Shown here piece after piece: positions 18,104 to 29,259 of a DNA stretch of 43,300 nt; the stretch's first letter is position 1, and each line of letters begins with the position of its first letter. Origin of the DNA: an uncultured Phenylobacterium sp. Its GTDB lineage: Bacteria; Pseudomonadota; Alphaproteobacteria; Caulobacterales; Caulobacteraceae. The stretch is taken from positions 1 through 43,300 of the forward strand of contig CAZXVO010000003.1 of assembly GCA_964643835.1 (NCBI GenBank), in the 5' to 3' direction. Under the pieces are notes generated by a model. It ran no database searches, was not told the origin of the DNA, and worked only from the letters and a program-made list of their open reading frames with translations. The position numbers were made by a program, and so were the translations under genes.

Positions 18104-19666
18104 TCAAGGCCGCCCTGGGGGGCGGGCCGCCGAGGCGGGATTGCGGTCGAGCTCGATATCAGTCTGGCGCACCCGGGCGCGGATGGTGAAGACCCCGTCG
18201 CCGGACAGGACGCCGCCGCGGGCGAACAGTCGGCCGTTCTCCCAGTTGGAGAGACCGAGCTCGGGTTTGTTCAGGGCGTACTGGCCGTCCACCCAGCGCG
18301 TGAAGCCGTCGCCGGTGAAGGGGGCGTCGATGGCCGCGAAGAAGGCCTCGTGCGCGGCCGGATCCTCAGCGATCAGGCTGGCGGCGAACCGGGGGCTGTG
18401 GGCGTTGAACAGGTCGACCGCCTCGGCGGCGTCTTCCACCACGGTCAGGCTGACCTCCGGCGTCTCCTCCCACTCCCACTCGCGGCCCAGCTCGGCCTCG
18501 GCCAGGGGGGTGACGAGGGCCTCTGTGTTGACGCCTTCGGCGCGGTGCACCGGCCCGCTGCGGCTGCGCCAGGCCTCGGGGATCAGCGGCCAGGCGCTGG
18601 GCGTGGCGTGCAGGCGCCAGCCCTTGCGACGCTGGCCGGCGGCCACCAAGGCGTCCAGGAACACCGGGATCAGCTCATGGGCCCGCGATCGGACGATGCA
18701 GCAGGTGTTCAGGGTGTTGCAGACCTTGCGGTCCAGGGAATGGAAGACCGTGGCGGCGAAGCGTTCGGCGTCGGCGGTGGCGTCCGCCACCATCCAGGCG
18801 CCGCCCGTGCCGTGCAGGCTGACCGGAACCCCGGCCTGGCGCGCCACCGCGCCCAGCTGGGCGACGGCCGGGCCGGACCCGCGCGCCACGGCCAGGGCCA
18901 GTCGAGAATCCGAAAACATCGCCCAGCCGGCCGAGCGCTCGGCGGAGTCCACCAGGCCGGCGGCGCCATCGGGCAAGCCGGCCTTGGCGAGCGCAGGATC
19001 CAGGGCCTCGGCCACGATGGCGCGGGCCGTGCCCAGGGCGTCGGAGCCGATGCGGAACACCACGGTGTTGCCGGTGCGCAGGACGCCGGTGGCGTCGGCG
19101 AAGACGTTGGGGCGGCCCTCGAACACAAAGCCGACCACGCCCAGGGGGGCGGCCACCTGCTCGACGCTCCAGCCCTGATGCTCCACCCGTTCCAGCACCC
19201 GGCCCCGGCTGGCCGGGGCGTCGCGCCAGGCGCGCAGGCCGGCGATCATGTCGGCGCGCATGGCCTCGCTGACCGCCAAGCGGGTGGTGGAGCGGCCGCG
19301 GGCTTGGGCTGCGGCGACATCGGCGGCGTTGGCGGCGGCGATCCGCCCCCAGACCGCGTCATCGGCCAGGGCGGCGGCGAAGGCCTCGAAGAAGGCGGTG
19401 ATGGCCTCATCAGACACCTGGGCCAGGGCCTGGAAGGCGGCGCTGGCGCGGGCCACCGCGCCGGACGCTGTCGCCTGGACCGCGGCGGGCACGTGCAGCA
19501 GGGCGCCGTCCACCACCAACAGCCGGTCGCCGGACTGGAAGGCCTTTGCGAGTTCGGGCGAGACGAAGGCCACCTTGTCGCCGCCCCAAGGCACAGCCAT
19601 GCCGGCGGTCAGCGCCGTGAGGCGCCCCGCGGAGGTCGTTTCCTGGCCGGCGTCGCCCGCGCTCAT
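18104..19666 (-). CDS. proA: Glutamate-5-semialdehyde dehydrogenase (ProA)-like, divergent long form
   Basis: APLGVVGFVFEGRPNV, GNTVVFR, ARGSG, HGTGG, catalytic VCN, TRWVDG, ARGG; occupies the proA position between proB and nadD. Confidence 0.82.
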   Translation of the reverse strand: MSAGDAGQETTSAGRLTALTAGMAVPWGGDKVAFVSPELAKAFQSGDRLLVVDGALLHVPAAVQATASGAVARASAAFQALAQVSDEAITAFFEAFAAALADDAVWGRIAAANAADVAAAQARGRSTTRLAVSEAMRADMIAGLRAWRDAPASRGRVLERVEHQGWSVEQVAAPLGVVGFVFEGRPNVFADATGVLRTGNTVVFRIGSDALGTARAIVAEALDPALAKAGLPDGAAGLVDSAERSAGWAMFSDSRLALAVARGSGPAVAQLGAVARQAGVPVSLHGTGGAWMVADATADAERFAATVFHSLDRKVCNTLNTCCIVRSRAHELIPVFLDALVAAGQRRKGWRLHATPSAWPLIPEAWRSRSGPVHRAEGVNTEALVTPLAEAELGREWEWEETPEVSLTVVEDAAEAVDLFNAHSPRFAASLIAEDPAAHEAFFAAIDAPFTGDGFTRWVDGQYALNKPELGLSNWENGRLFARGGVLSGDGVFTIRARVRQTDIELDRNPASAARPPGRP

Positions 19667-19808
19667 CCCTAACCCATATGCTCAGCTTGAGCCTTACTAG
19701 TGCCTGCGGGGCGCAAGGGAAAGTCGAATGCGCCGCAACCCCGGCGCGCGTCCCCCTAGGGAGACAGGCGCGCGGTAGAGGCGTACAACTCCCGGTGGGG
19801 GATTCGAG

Positions 19809-20624
19809 ATGTTGCGCGACGAGCTGATCGACACCTTGCGAGAGCTGGCCCTGGATGATCCGCAGGTCCAGGCCCTGTTCCTGGGCGGCAGCCTGGGCGA
19901 GGGCGCCGGCGACGCCCACAGCGATATCGACCTGGTCCTGGTGGTGGAGCCGAAAGATCACCGGGCCTTCGTCCTGGGCGCCCGCGCCTGGCTGGATCAG
20001 GTGGCAAAGCTGGTTCACTGGTTCGAGCCGCACCCCGGCCTGCCGCTGTTTTCCGCCGTCACCAAGGACTGGGTGCGCGTGGACCTGACGGTGACCGTGC
20101 CGGGCCAGACCCATGGCGCCAAGGACCGGCTGAAGCCGCTGATGGACCGTTGCGGCGCCTATGAGGCCCTGCCGGATCGGCTGGCGCCGCGCACCGCCGA
20201 CCCGGCCAAGGTCGAGGCGATGGTCCGTGAGTTCCTGCGGGTGCTCGGTCTGCTCACCGTGGCGGTCGGCCGCCGGGAATGGGCCTCGGCGGTGACCGGC
20301 GCGGGCCTGCTGCGCCAGCAGCTGATCAGCCTTTTGATCGAACAGCTCGACCTTCCGGCTCCGCCCGGGATCAAGAACCTGGCCCGCCTGCTGCCGCCCA
20401 AGGACCTGGAGCTGGTCACCGGCCTGCCGCTGGCCGAGCCCAACCGGGATTCGGTGATCGCCACCAACCTCGCCTATGCGCGGCTGTTCCTGCCTCGGGC
20501 GAAGGCGCTGTGCGAGCGGATCGGCGCGGCCTGGCCCGAGGACTTCGAAGCCGCCACCCGCGCCCACCTGCGCCGCGAACTGGGGATCGACTGGGCCGGC
20601 CCGGCCTTGGGGGTGGTGGAGTAA
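19809..20624 (+). CDS. Pol-beta-type nucleotidyltransferase (aminoglycoside/lincosamide NTase-like fold)
   Basis: LFLGGSLGEGAGDAHSDIDL (GS...DxD), third acidic residue in RVDL, helical C-terminal domain. Confidence 0.85.
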   Translation: MLRDELIDTLRELALDDPQVQALFLGGSLGEGAGDAHSDIDLVLVVEPKDHRAFVLGARAWLDQVAKLVHWFEPHPGLPLFSAVTKDWVRVDLTVTVPGQTHGAKDRLKPLMDRCGAYEALPDRLAPRTADPAKVEAMVREFLRVLGLLTVAVGRREWASAVTGAGLLRQQLISLLIEQLDLPAPPGIKNLARLLPPKDLELVTGLPLAEPNRDSVIATNLAYARLFLPRAKALCERIGAAWPEDFEAATRAHLRRELGIDWAGPALGVVE

Positions 20625-20637
20625 GAAGCCACTTCGA

Positions 20638-20757
20638 GTGTCATCCCGCAGGGAGCGGCGTAGCCGCGGACGTGCGGGACCCATAGACACAGAGCCGTCA
20701 GGATAGGTCCGCGCATCTGGGTCCCGGACAAGCGCTGCGCGCTTTCCGGGATGACAC
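20638..20757. repeat. Palindromic intergenic repeat, copy 2
   Basis: GTGTCATCCCG...CGGGATGACAC terminal IR, inner GGGACCCA/TGGGTCCC, small hairpin in each arm. Confidence 0.8.
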
Positions 20758-23505
<2,748 letters not shown>

Positions 23506-23523
23506 CACTGCCTCCGGGGTCAT

Positions 23524-23563
23524 AAAAAACAAATGCGGGGTGTCGGGCGTCCGGACTCCCCGC
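23524..23563 (-). terminator. Terminator downstream of rplU-rpmA
   Basis: Minus strand GCGGGGAGTCCGG-ACGC-CCGACACCCCGC followed by ATTTGTTTTTT. Confidence 0.65.
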
Positions 23564-23625
23564 TCGGGATTTCTGTCCGGTTCGCCTGACTGATCGTCTG
23601 GCGGAACCGGATCGAGAGGTTCCGC

Positions 23626-23895
23626 CTATTCGGCGTTCTCGTTGGCGGCCACCACGTTCACGTAGGTGCGGTCGTCACGCTTGGTGACGAACTTCACCGC
23701 GCCGTGGGCGGTCGCAAACAGGGTGTGGTCCTTGCCCATGCCGACGTTTTCACCGGCGAAGAACTTGGTGCCGCGCTGGCGCACGAGGATGTTGCCAGCC
23801 AGGACGGCTTCGCCGCCGAACTTCTTTACGCCGAGACGGCGGCCAGCCGAGTCGCGACCGTTACGCGAGGAGCCGCCGGATTTCTTGTGAGCCAT
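23626..23895 (-). CDS. rpmA: 50S ribosomal protein L27
   Basis: [16 protein letters not shown]...RQRGTK...GKDHTLFA. Confidence 0.99.
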   Translation of the reverse strand: MAHKKSGGSSRNGRDSAGRRLGVKKFGGEAVLAGNILVRQRGTKFFAGENVGMGKDHTLFATAHGAVKFVTKRDDRTYVNVVAANENAE

Positions 23896-23926
23896 AGTGG
23901 CCTCCTAAAACTTGCTGTCCGGACGC

Positions 23927-24427
23927 TTATTCAGCGTCGGCTTGCGGGGCTTCGGTCTTCTTGGCGGCGGCCTTCTTCGGCGCAGCCTTCTTCGCGGCCT
24001 CGGCGACCGGAGCGGCGGCCACGGTGGGCTCTTCCAGCTTCAGGTTCCGCGAGCGGGCGTTCAGCACGGCCTTGGTGACCAGCGAGACGACGCCGTCCCA
24101 CTTGTCGGCCTTGCCGGCGCCTTCGATCGAGGTCACGCGCAGGACCGTCTCGGTCTGGCGGTGGCCGCGGGTCCGGCGATAGCCCTGACGGCGGATCTTC
24201 TTGAAGATCTTCACCTTCTCACCCTTGCGGGTTTCGATCAGGGTGGCGTTCACCTTGGCGCCGTCCACGAGCGGAGCGCCCACGGTCACGGCCTCGCCGT
24301 CGCCGAGCATGAGGACGTCGCCGAAAGCGACCTCCGCACCCGGTTCGCCATCCAGCTTTTCAACGACCAGCACATCACCAGGTTGGACCCGGTATTGCTT
24401 GCCGCCGGTCTTGATCACCGCGTACAT
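23927..24427 (-). CDS. rplU: 50S ribosomal protein L21 with about 60-aa C-terminal extension
   Basis: MYAVIKTGGKQYRV...GHRQ, followed by an Ala/Lys-rich tail. Confidence 0.98.
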   Translation of the reverse strand: MYAVIKTGGKQYRVQPGDVLVVEKLDGEPGAEVAFGDVLMLGDGEAVTVGAPLVDGAKVNATLIETRKGEKVKIFKKIRRQGYRRTRGHRQTETVLRVTSIEGAGKADKWDGVVSLVTKAVLNARSRNLKLEEPTVAAAPVAEAAKKAAPKKAAAKKTEAPQADAE

Positions 24428-24551
24428 CGTTCGCGCCTTGAACTTGCAAAAAGGATTACGCCCGCGAGAAGGCCCGCGGGCGAGAGGCGCGGACTTATAC
24501 AGACAGCCGATTTTGAGTCAACGCGAATGGCGGGGGTTTCGCGCTTTGGCC

Positions 24552-25952
24552 CTACTCGGTGAGTTCGGGCTCTGCGCCGCGCAGGGTGAAGCCGCCCCGC
24601 TGCTCCGCCCGCCAGTTGGCGACCACGGCCCGCGAAACCGCCTGCATGAACTCCAGGCGGGCCGGGACCGGCTTGGCGGTCCGGGCCATCATCACCGCCA
24701 CGGCATAGGTGCGGCCGTCCGGCGCGGTCAGCAGGCCCACATCATTGATGCCATAGGACGCGCCGCGGAAATCCTGGCCGGTGCCGGTCTTATGGGCGAT
24801 CTTCCAGTCCCCTGGCAGGCCGCCAGCCAGCCGCCGCGGGCCGGTGCGGGCCTTGGCCATATAGTGCAGGATCACGTCAGTGGAGGCGGGCGAGAGCAGC
24901 TCGCCGCGCTTCAGGGCCGACAGGGCCTGGACGATGCCCACCGGCGTCGCCCCGTCATAGGGGTTCTCGACATAGGCCTGCATGGCCTGTTCACGCACCT
25001 CGCGCGACAGCCGGCTGCGGGCGTCCTCGAACACCCCGTACTGGCCATATTCCGGCTTCCAGGTCAGGCCGGCGATGCGGGCCTGCAGGTGCTTCTCGTC
25101 CTCGGCCAGCCGGACCCCGTCCAGGGCCTTGCGCCGGATCATGTCCTGCACGGCGGGCGCGCCGCCCACCATGCCCATCAGCTTGTCGTTGGCGGCGTTG
25201 TCCGAGGTGACCAGGGCCCGCCTCAGCAGTTCCTCGATATCGGTCTGATAGCCGTCGTCGTCGATATTGTAGGTGATCGGCTGGAAGAAGACGCTGCGGT
25301 CGGCGTCGGTCAGCAGCACGCCCTGGTCCAGGCGCATCAGCCCCTGGTCGATCTTCTCCATGGCCGTGATGGCCACCCAAAGCTTCGACACACTCTGTTG
25401 GGGGAAGGATAGCTGGCCATCGACGGAGGCGACCCAGCCGTCGGTGACGTCGGCCACGGCGACGCCGACCGGCTCATCATACTGGGCGGCCAGGCGCGAC
25501 AGCTCGTGCTGCAGGTCTGACGGGGCCGGCGGCGCAGGCCGGCGCGGCCGGGGCGTTTCGATGTTTACCTTGTCGGTGACGAACTTGATCGGGGTGGCGC
25601 CGCGCACGGCGGGCCGGCCAGGAACCGAGGCCGGCGCGGTGGCGTTCCAGCCCACGCTCGCGGCGGCGATCACCACCGCCACGGCGGTGAGGGGACCCCG
25701 GCGCTCGACGGTGAAGGCTGCGGCCTTCAGGGCGCCCAGGCCCAGGGAGCCGGGAATGTCGGAAACAAAGGCGCGGGTTCCGCGGGCGAGGCGCTTGAAG
25801 CTGCGATCAGCGGCGTTGGAGGCGACGTAGGCGCCGTCCGCGGCGCTCCAGAACACCTGGCCCAGGCCGCGCAAAACCGCCGCCCGAAGGCTGTTCCCAC
25901 CGGGCGTGGGGGGAGGGGTAAGCGAGCGATCCGGTACGCGATCCATCACCAT
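24552..25952 (-). CDS. Class A beta-lactamase-like serine hydrolase with long N-terminal extension
   Basis: FPQQSVSK (SxxK), SDN, EDE at the E166 region, HKTGT; hydrophobic segment at about aa 88-102. Start uncertain. Confidence 0.85.
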   Translation of the reverse strand: MVMDRVPDRSLTPPPTPGGNSLRAAVLRGLGQVFWSAADGAYVASNAADRSFKRLARGTRAFVSDIPGSLGLGALKAAAFTVERRGPLTAVAVVIAAASVGWNATAPASVPGRPAVRGATPIKFVTDKVNIETPRPRRPAPPAPSDLQHELSRLAAQYDEPVGVAVADVTDGWVASVDGQLSFPQQSVSKLWVAITAMEKIDQGLMRLDQGVLLTDADRSVFFQPITYNIDDDGYQTDIEELLRRALVTSDNAANDKLMGMVGGAPAVQDMIRRKALDGVRLAEDEKHLQARIAGLTWKPEYGQYGVFEDARSRLSREVREQAMQAYVENPYDGATPVGIVQALSALKRGELLSPASTDVILHYMAKARTGPRRLAGGLPGDWKIAHKTGTGQDFRGASYGINDVGLLTAPDGRTYAVAVMMARTAKPVPARLEFMQAVSRAVVANWRAEQRGGFTLRGAEPELTE

Positions 25953-25979
25953 GCCATGCGCCTGATCCGCGCGCCGCCG

Positions 25980-26900
25980 TCAAGCGGTCCGAAGGTCGCG
26001 GACCTCTATGGTGACGTGGCTTAGTCCTAATATTCCGTTCAAGCGTGCGTGATAGGCGGCCGGCGCCTGCGGATGAGCAGCCGCCAGCACGATCACCGCG
26101 GCGTGGTGGCCAGGCCCCAGCCGCCACAGGTGCAGGTCGAGCACCTGGGTCTGCGCGTCCTGCAGCCGGCCGCGGACGGTCTCAGTCAGGTCCTGCGACG
26201 GGTTCATGTCCAGCAGCACCGCGCCGGCGCGCACGATCAGCCGCCAGGCGAAGTGCCCGACCAGGGCCGCGCCGGCCAGGGCGGCGATCGGATCGGCCCA
26301 GCTCCAGCCCAGCCAGTCGCCGGCCCCGAGGCTGGCGATGGTCAAGGCCGAGACCACGGCGTCAGCGGACAGGTGCAGGTGGGCGGCAGACAGGTTGAGG
26401 TCGCCGTCCTTGTCGTGAGCGTGGTCATGGACCGGCCGAAGCAGCCAGACACAGACTAGGTTCACCGCCAGGCCCGCCGCCGCCAGGCCAATGGCGCCGT
26501 GATAGTCGACCGTCTCGGGCTTCAGCACCCGCTCGACGGATTCGATGGCGATCAGCAGGGCGGTGACACCCAGGACGATGGCGTTGGCGAAGCCAGCCAC
26601 ATAGCCGACCTTGCCCGCCCCGAAGGCGAAGCGCGGGTCGCGGGCATGCGCCCGGGCCACCGCATAGGCGATCCCGGCCACGGCCAGGGCGGCCACGTGG
26701 GCGCCCATGTGCAGGCCGCCGGCCACCAGGGCCATGGAGTGAAAGATGATCCCGCCGGCCAGCTGGGCCACCAGGGTGGCGACGCAGATCGCGGCGACAA
26801 TCCAGGTCCGACGCTCGTTGCGGGCATGATCCGCCCCCAGATAGGTCCGGTCGCCCCGGAAGGCGTCGATCTGGGTCTGCAGGTTCAAGGGTTGGGTCAA
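25980..26900 (-). CDS. CDF family metal transporter, DmeF-like
   Basis: NERRTWIV, SMALVAGGLHMGAH, FAFGAGKV, HDHAHDKD loop, NLSAAHLHLSAD, DLHLWRLGPGH, SHVTIEV. Confidence 0.9.
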   Translation of the reverse strand: MTQPLNLQTQIDAFRGDRTYLGADHARNERRTWIVAAICVATLVAQLAGGIIFHSMALVAGGLHMGAHVAALAVAGIAYAVARAHARDPRFAFGAGKVGYVAGFANAIVLGVTALLIAIESVERVLKPETVDYHGAIGLAAAGLAVNLVCVWLLRPVHDHAHDKDGDLNLSAAHLHLSADAVVSALTIASLGAGDWLGWSWADPIAALAGAALVGHFAWRLIVRAGAVLLDMNPSQDLTETVRGRLQDAQTQVLDLHLWRLGPGHHAAVIVLAAAHPQAPAAYHARLNGILGLSHVTIEVRDLRTA

Positions 26901-26940
26901 GCGGGGGCCCGATTAGATGACGCCGTTCGGCGGTGGCTGG

Positions 26941-26955
26941 TGTTATTCTATAACA
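26941..26955. promoter_or_regulatory. Zur-type box between the divergent CDF and COG0523 genes
   Basis: Perfect TGTTAT-TCT-ATAACA palindrome matching the proteobacterial Zur core. Confidence 0.8.
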
Positions 26956-27020
26956 TATCTAGGGGGTCAAGCGGTTCCGGCAAGTCGGCGCCTGTTCCCT
27001 ATCGGCCATTCAGGCACTAG

Positions 27021-28091
27021 ATGAGCCTTATGAGCGACAAGACCCCCGTGACCGTGCTGACCGGCTATCTCGGCGCCGGCAAGACCACCCTGCTGAACCG
27101 CATCCTCTCTGAGGACCACGGCAAGAAGTACGCCGTGATCGTCAACGAGTTCGGCGAGGTGGGCATCGACAACGACCTCATCGTCGGCGCCGACGAGGAA
27201 GTCTTCGAGATGAACAATGGCTGCGTCTGCTGCACGGTGCGCGGCGACCTGATCCGCGTTCTGTCCGGTCTGATGAAGCGAAAGGGCGGCTTTGACGCCA
27301 TCGTGGTCGAGACCACGGGCCTGGCCGATCCCGGCCCGGTGGCCCAGACCTTCTTCGTGGATGACGACGTCCGCGCCAAGACCGAGCTCGACAGCGTCAT
27401 CACCGTGGTCGACGCCATGCACCTGCCCCTGCGCCTGGCGGACTCTCATGAGGCCGTTGAGCAGGTCGCCTTCGCCGACCAGATCATCCTGAACAAGACC
27501 GACCTGGTGACCGAGGCCCAACTGCGTGACGTGGAGGCCCGCATCCGCCGGCTGAACCCGCTGGCCCCCATCCATCGCGCCCAGCGCTCCAATGTGCCGC
27601 TGGAGATGATCCTGGGCCGTGGCAGCTTCGACCTGAACCGCATCACCGAGCTGCAGCCGGAGTTCCTGAATCCGGCCCACGGCGAGCCCGGCCATGTGCA
27701 CGATGAGGACTGCGACCACGACCACGATCATGACCACCACCATCATCATGATCACGACCACCATGACCACCACGCCCACGACCACGTGGCCGAGGCCGGC
27801 ATCCGCGGGATCTCGCTGACCTTCGACAAGCCGCTGAACGGCAACAAGGTCACCGCCTGGCTGAACGACGTGCTGCAGAGCCAGGGCCCGGACATCCTGC
27901 GGGCCAAGGGCATCCTGGACGTGGCCGGCGAGAACCGCCGCCTGGTGTTCCAGGCCGTGCACATGATCCTGGAAGGCGACTTCCAGCGCGACTGGAAGGA
28001 CGGCGAGCCGCGTTTCAGCCGCATGGTCTTCATCGGCCGCAACCTCGACGAAGCTGCCCTGAAGAAGGGCTTCGAGGCCTGCGCGGCCTAA
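27021..28091 (+). CDS. COG0523/CobW-family metallochaperone GTPase
   Basis: GYLGAGKTT, VNEFGE, GCVCC, ETTGLADP, NKTD, long His/Asp tract, CobW_C (LRAKG...FQAVH). Second ATG at 27030 may be the start. Confidence 0.96.
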   Translation: MSLMSDKTPVTVLTGYLGAGKTTLLNRILSEDHGKKYAVIVNEFGEVGIDNDLIVGADEEVFEMNNGCVCCTVRGDLIRVLSGLMKRKGGFDAIVVETTGLADPGPVAQTFFVDDDVRAKTELDSVITVVDAMHLPLRLADSHEAVEQVAFADQIILNKTDLVTEAQLRDVEARIRRLNPLAPIHRAQRSNVPLEMILGRGSFDLNRITELQPEFLNPAHGEPGHVHDEDCDHDHDHDHHHHHDHDHHDHHAHDHVAEAGIRGISLTFDKPLNGNKVTAWLNDVLQSQGPDILRAKGILDVAGENRRLVFQAVHMILEGDFQRDWKDGEPRFSRMVFIGRNLDEAALKKGFEACAA

Positions 28092-28103
28092 ACCCCTAAG
28101 CGC

Positions 28104-28213
28104 CGTCATCCTCCGGCGCCCTGCAAGGGCGTCCGGGGGACCCAAGCGGCCTGGGACAATTCCGAAATTCAGCTTGGGTCCCCCGGATCGCCTACGGCGA
28201 CCGGAGGATGACG
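28104..28213. repeat. Palindromic intergenic repeat, copy 3
   Basis: CGTCATCCTCCGG...CCGGAGGATGACG terminal IR, inner CCGGGGGACCCAAGC/GCTTGGGTCCCCCGG, hairpin in each arm. Confidence 0.82.
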
Positions 28214-28253
28214 ATTGTGGGTTGGACCTGACCCTAGTCCTGAACGGCGCCGT

Positions 28254-28670
28254 CTAGATGTCTTCGGCGACTAGGCCGATGTGTTCGTAACCTGCGCGCT
28301 TGAGAGCGTTCATGACCTCCATGAACGCTTGGTAGCGGGCTGTGCGCTCGCCACGGACATAGACGCGGTCGGCTGATGGATCCGCCGCACCCGGCAACTG
28401 CGCCAGCTCCTGCGCGAGGCGCGCCACGCTACTGGGCGTATCGCCGATCAGCACCGAGCCGTCAGGGCGCACGGTGATGACCACCGGGGGCTCGACCGGG
28501 CCTGAGGGCGCCTTGGCTGGCGGAATCTCCAGCGTGATGTTGCGGGTGGCGGCCGGGATCGCGACCATGAAAATGATCAGCAGGACCAGCATCACGTCCA
28601 CGAAGGGGGTGACATTGATGTCGGCGTTCTGGGCGAGACTGTAGCGACCGGCGGCGGGCTTCATAGCCAT
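28254..28670 (-). CDS. exbD: ExbD/TolR family protein (paralog 2)
   Basis: DINVTPFVDVMLVLLIIFMV, VYVRGE, FMEVMNAL...IGLV. Confidence 0.92.
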   Translation of the reverse strand: MAMKPAAGRYSLAQNADINVTPFVDVMLVLLIIFMVAIPAATRNITLEIPPAKAPSGPVEPPVVITVRPDGSVLIGDTPSSVARLAQELAQLPGAADPSADRVYVRGERTARYQAFMEVMNALKRAGYEHIGLVAEDI

Positions 28671-28693
28671 GGTGAACCTCCTGGGCGACTAGC

Positions 28694-28746
28694 GATTTAC
28701 GCTCGTAATTTTTCCAGGCTGCGCCTTCTGATTACGTATGTAAATC
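28694..28746. promoter_or_regulatory. Pair of TTAC-N4-GTAA palindromes upstream of exbD paralog 2
   Basis: GATTTACGCTCGTAAT (28694-28709) and ATTACGTATGTAAATC (28731-28746), 13/16 inverted copies of each other. Confidence 0.6.
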
Positions 28747-28767
28747 CAAATCGTGCGTCCCAGATGC

Positions 28768-28802
28768 AAAAAGCCCGCCCGGGTGTCCCCGGGCGGGCCT
28801 TT
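28768..28802 (-). terminator. Rho-independent terminator after exbD paralog 1
   Basis: AAAAA-GCCCGCCCGGG-TGTC-CCCGGGCGGGC-CTTT, perfect 11-bp stem with U-tract on the minus strand. Confidence 0.85.
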
Positions 28803-28827
28803 GAACTTCAGTCCTGAGCGAAGACGC

Positions 28828-29259
28828 TTAGATGTCTTCGTTGATCAGGGCGACCTGGAAGTAGCCGTTGCCCTGCAGGGTGTTCATGACTTCCATGAAC
28901 TGGCCGTAGCGGACGTTGCGGTCAGCGCGGATATAGACGCGCTCTTGGGTCGGGTCCGGCTTGTTCAGCTTGCGGGCCAGGTCGGCCGGCAGGGTGTCCA
29001 CCGAGGTGCGCAGCTCGCCGATGTACACGCCACCGTTGGCCTGCACGTTGATGACGGTCGGTTCTTCGACCTTCGCGCCAGGCGGCGGCGGAACGGCCGG
29101 CGGCAGGTCGAGCTTGATCGACACGGTCGCGGCCGGGATGGACACCATGAAGATGATGAGGAGCACCAGCATCACGTCGACGAACGGCGTGACGTTGATC
29201 TCGCTGTTTTGGCCGAGGTCGAACTTGCCGCCGCCCCCGCCGCCCAGCTTCGCACCCAT
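28828..29259 (-). CDS. exbD: ExbD/TolR family protein (paralog 1)
   Basis: MGAKLGGGG...EINVTPFVDVMLVLLIIFMV, VYIRAD, YGQFMEVMN. Confidence 0.94.
   Translation of the reverse strand: MGAKLGGGGGGKFDLGQNSEINVTPFVDVMLVLLIIFMVSIPAATVSIKLDLPPAVPPPPGAKVEEPTVINVQANGGVYIGELRTSVDTLPADLARKLNKPDPTQERVYIRADRNVRYGQFMEVMNTLQGNGYFQVALINEDI

Noticed and set aside
27698-27786. CAC/GAC/CAT tandem-like repeats
   Set aside because: They encode the His/Asp tract of the COG0523 protein; not a CRISPR array or independent repeat.
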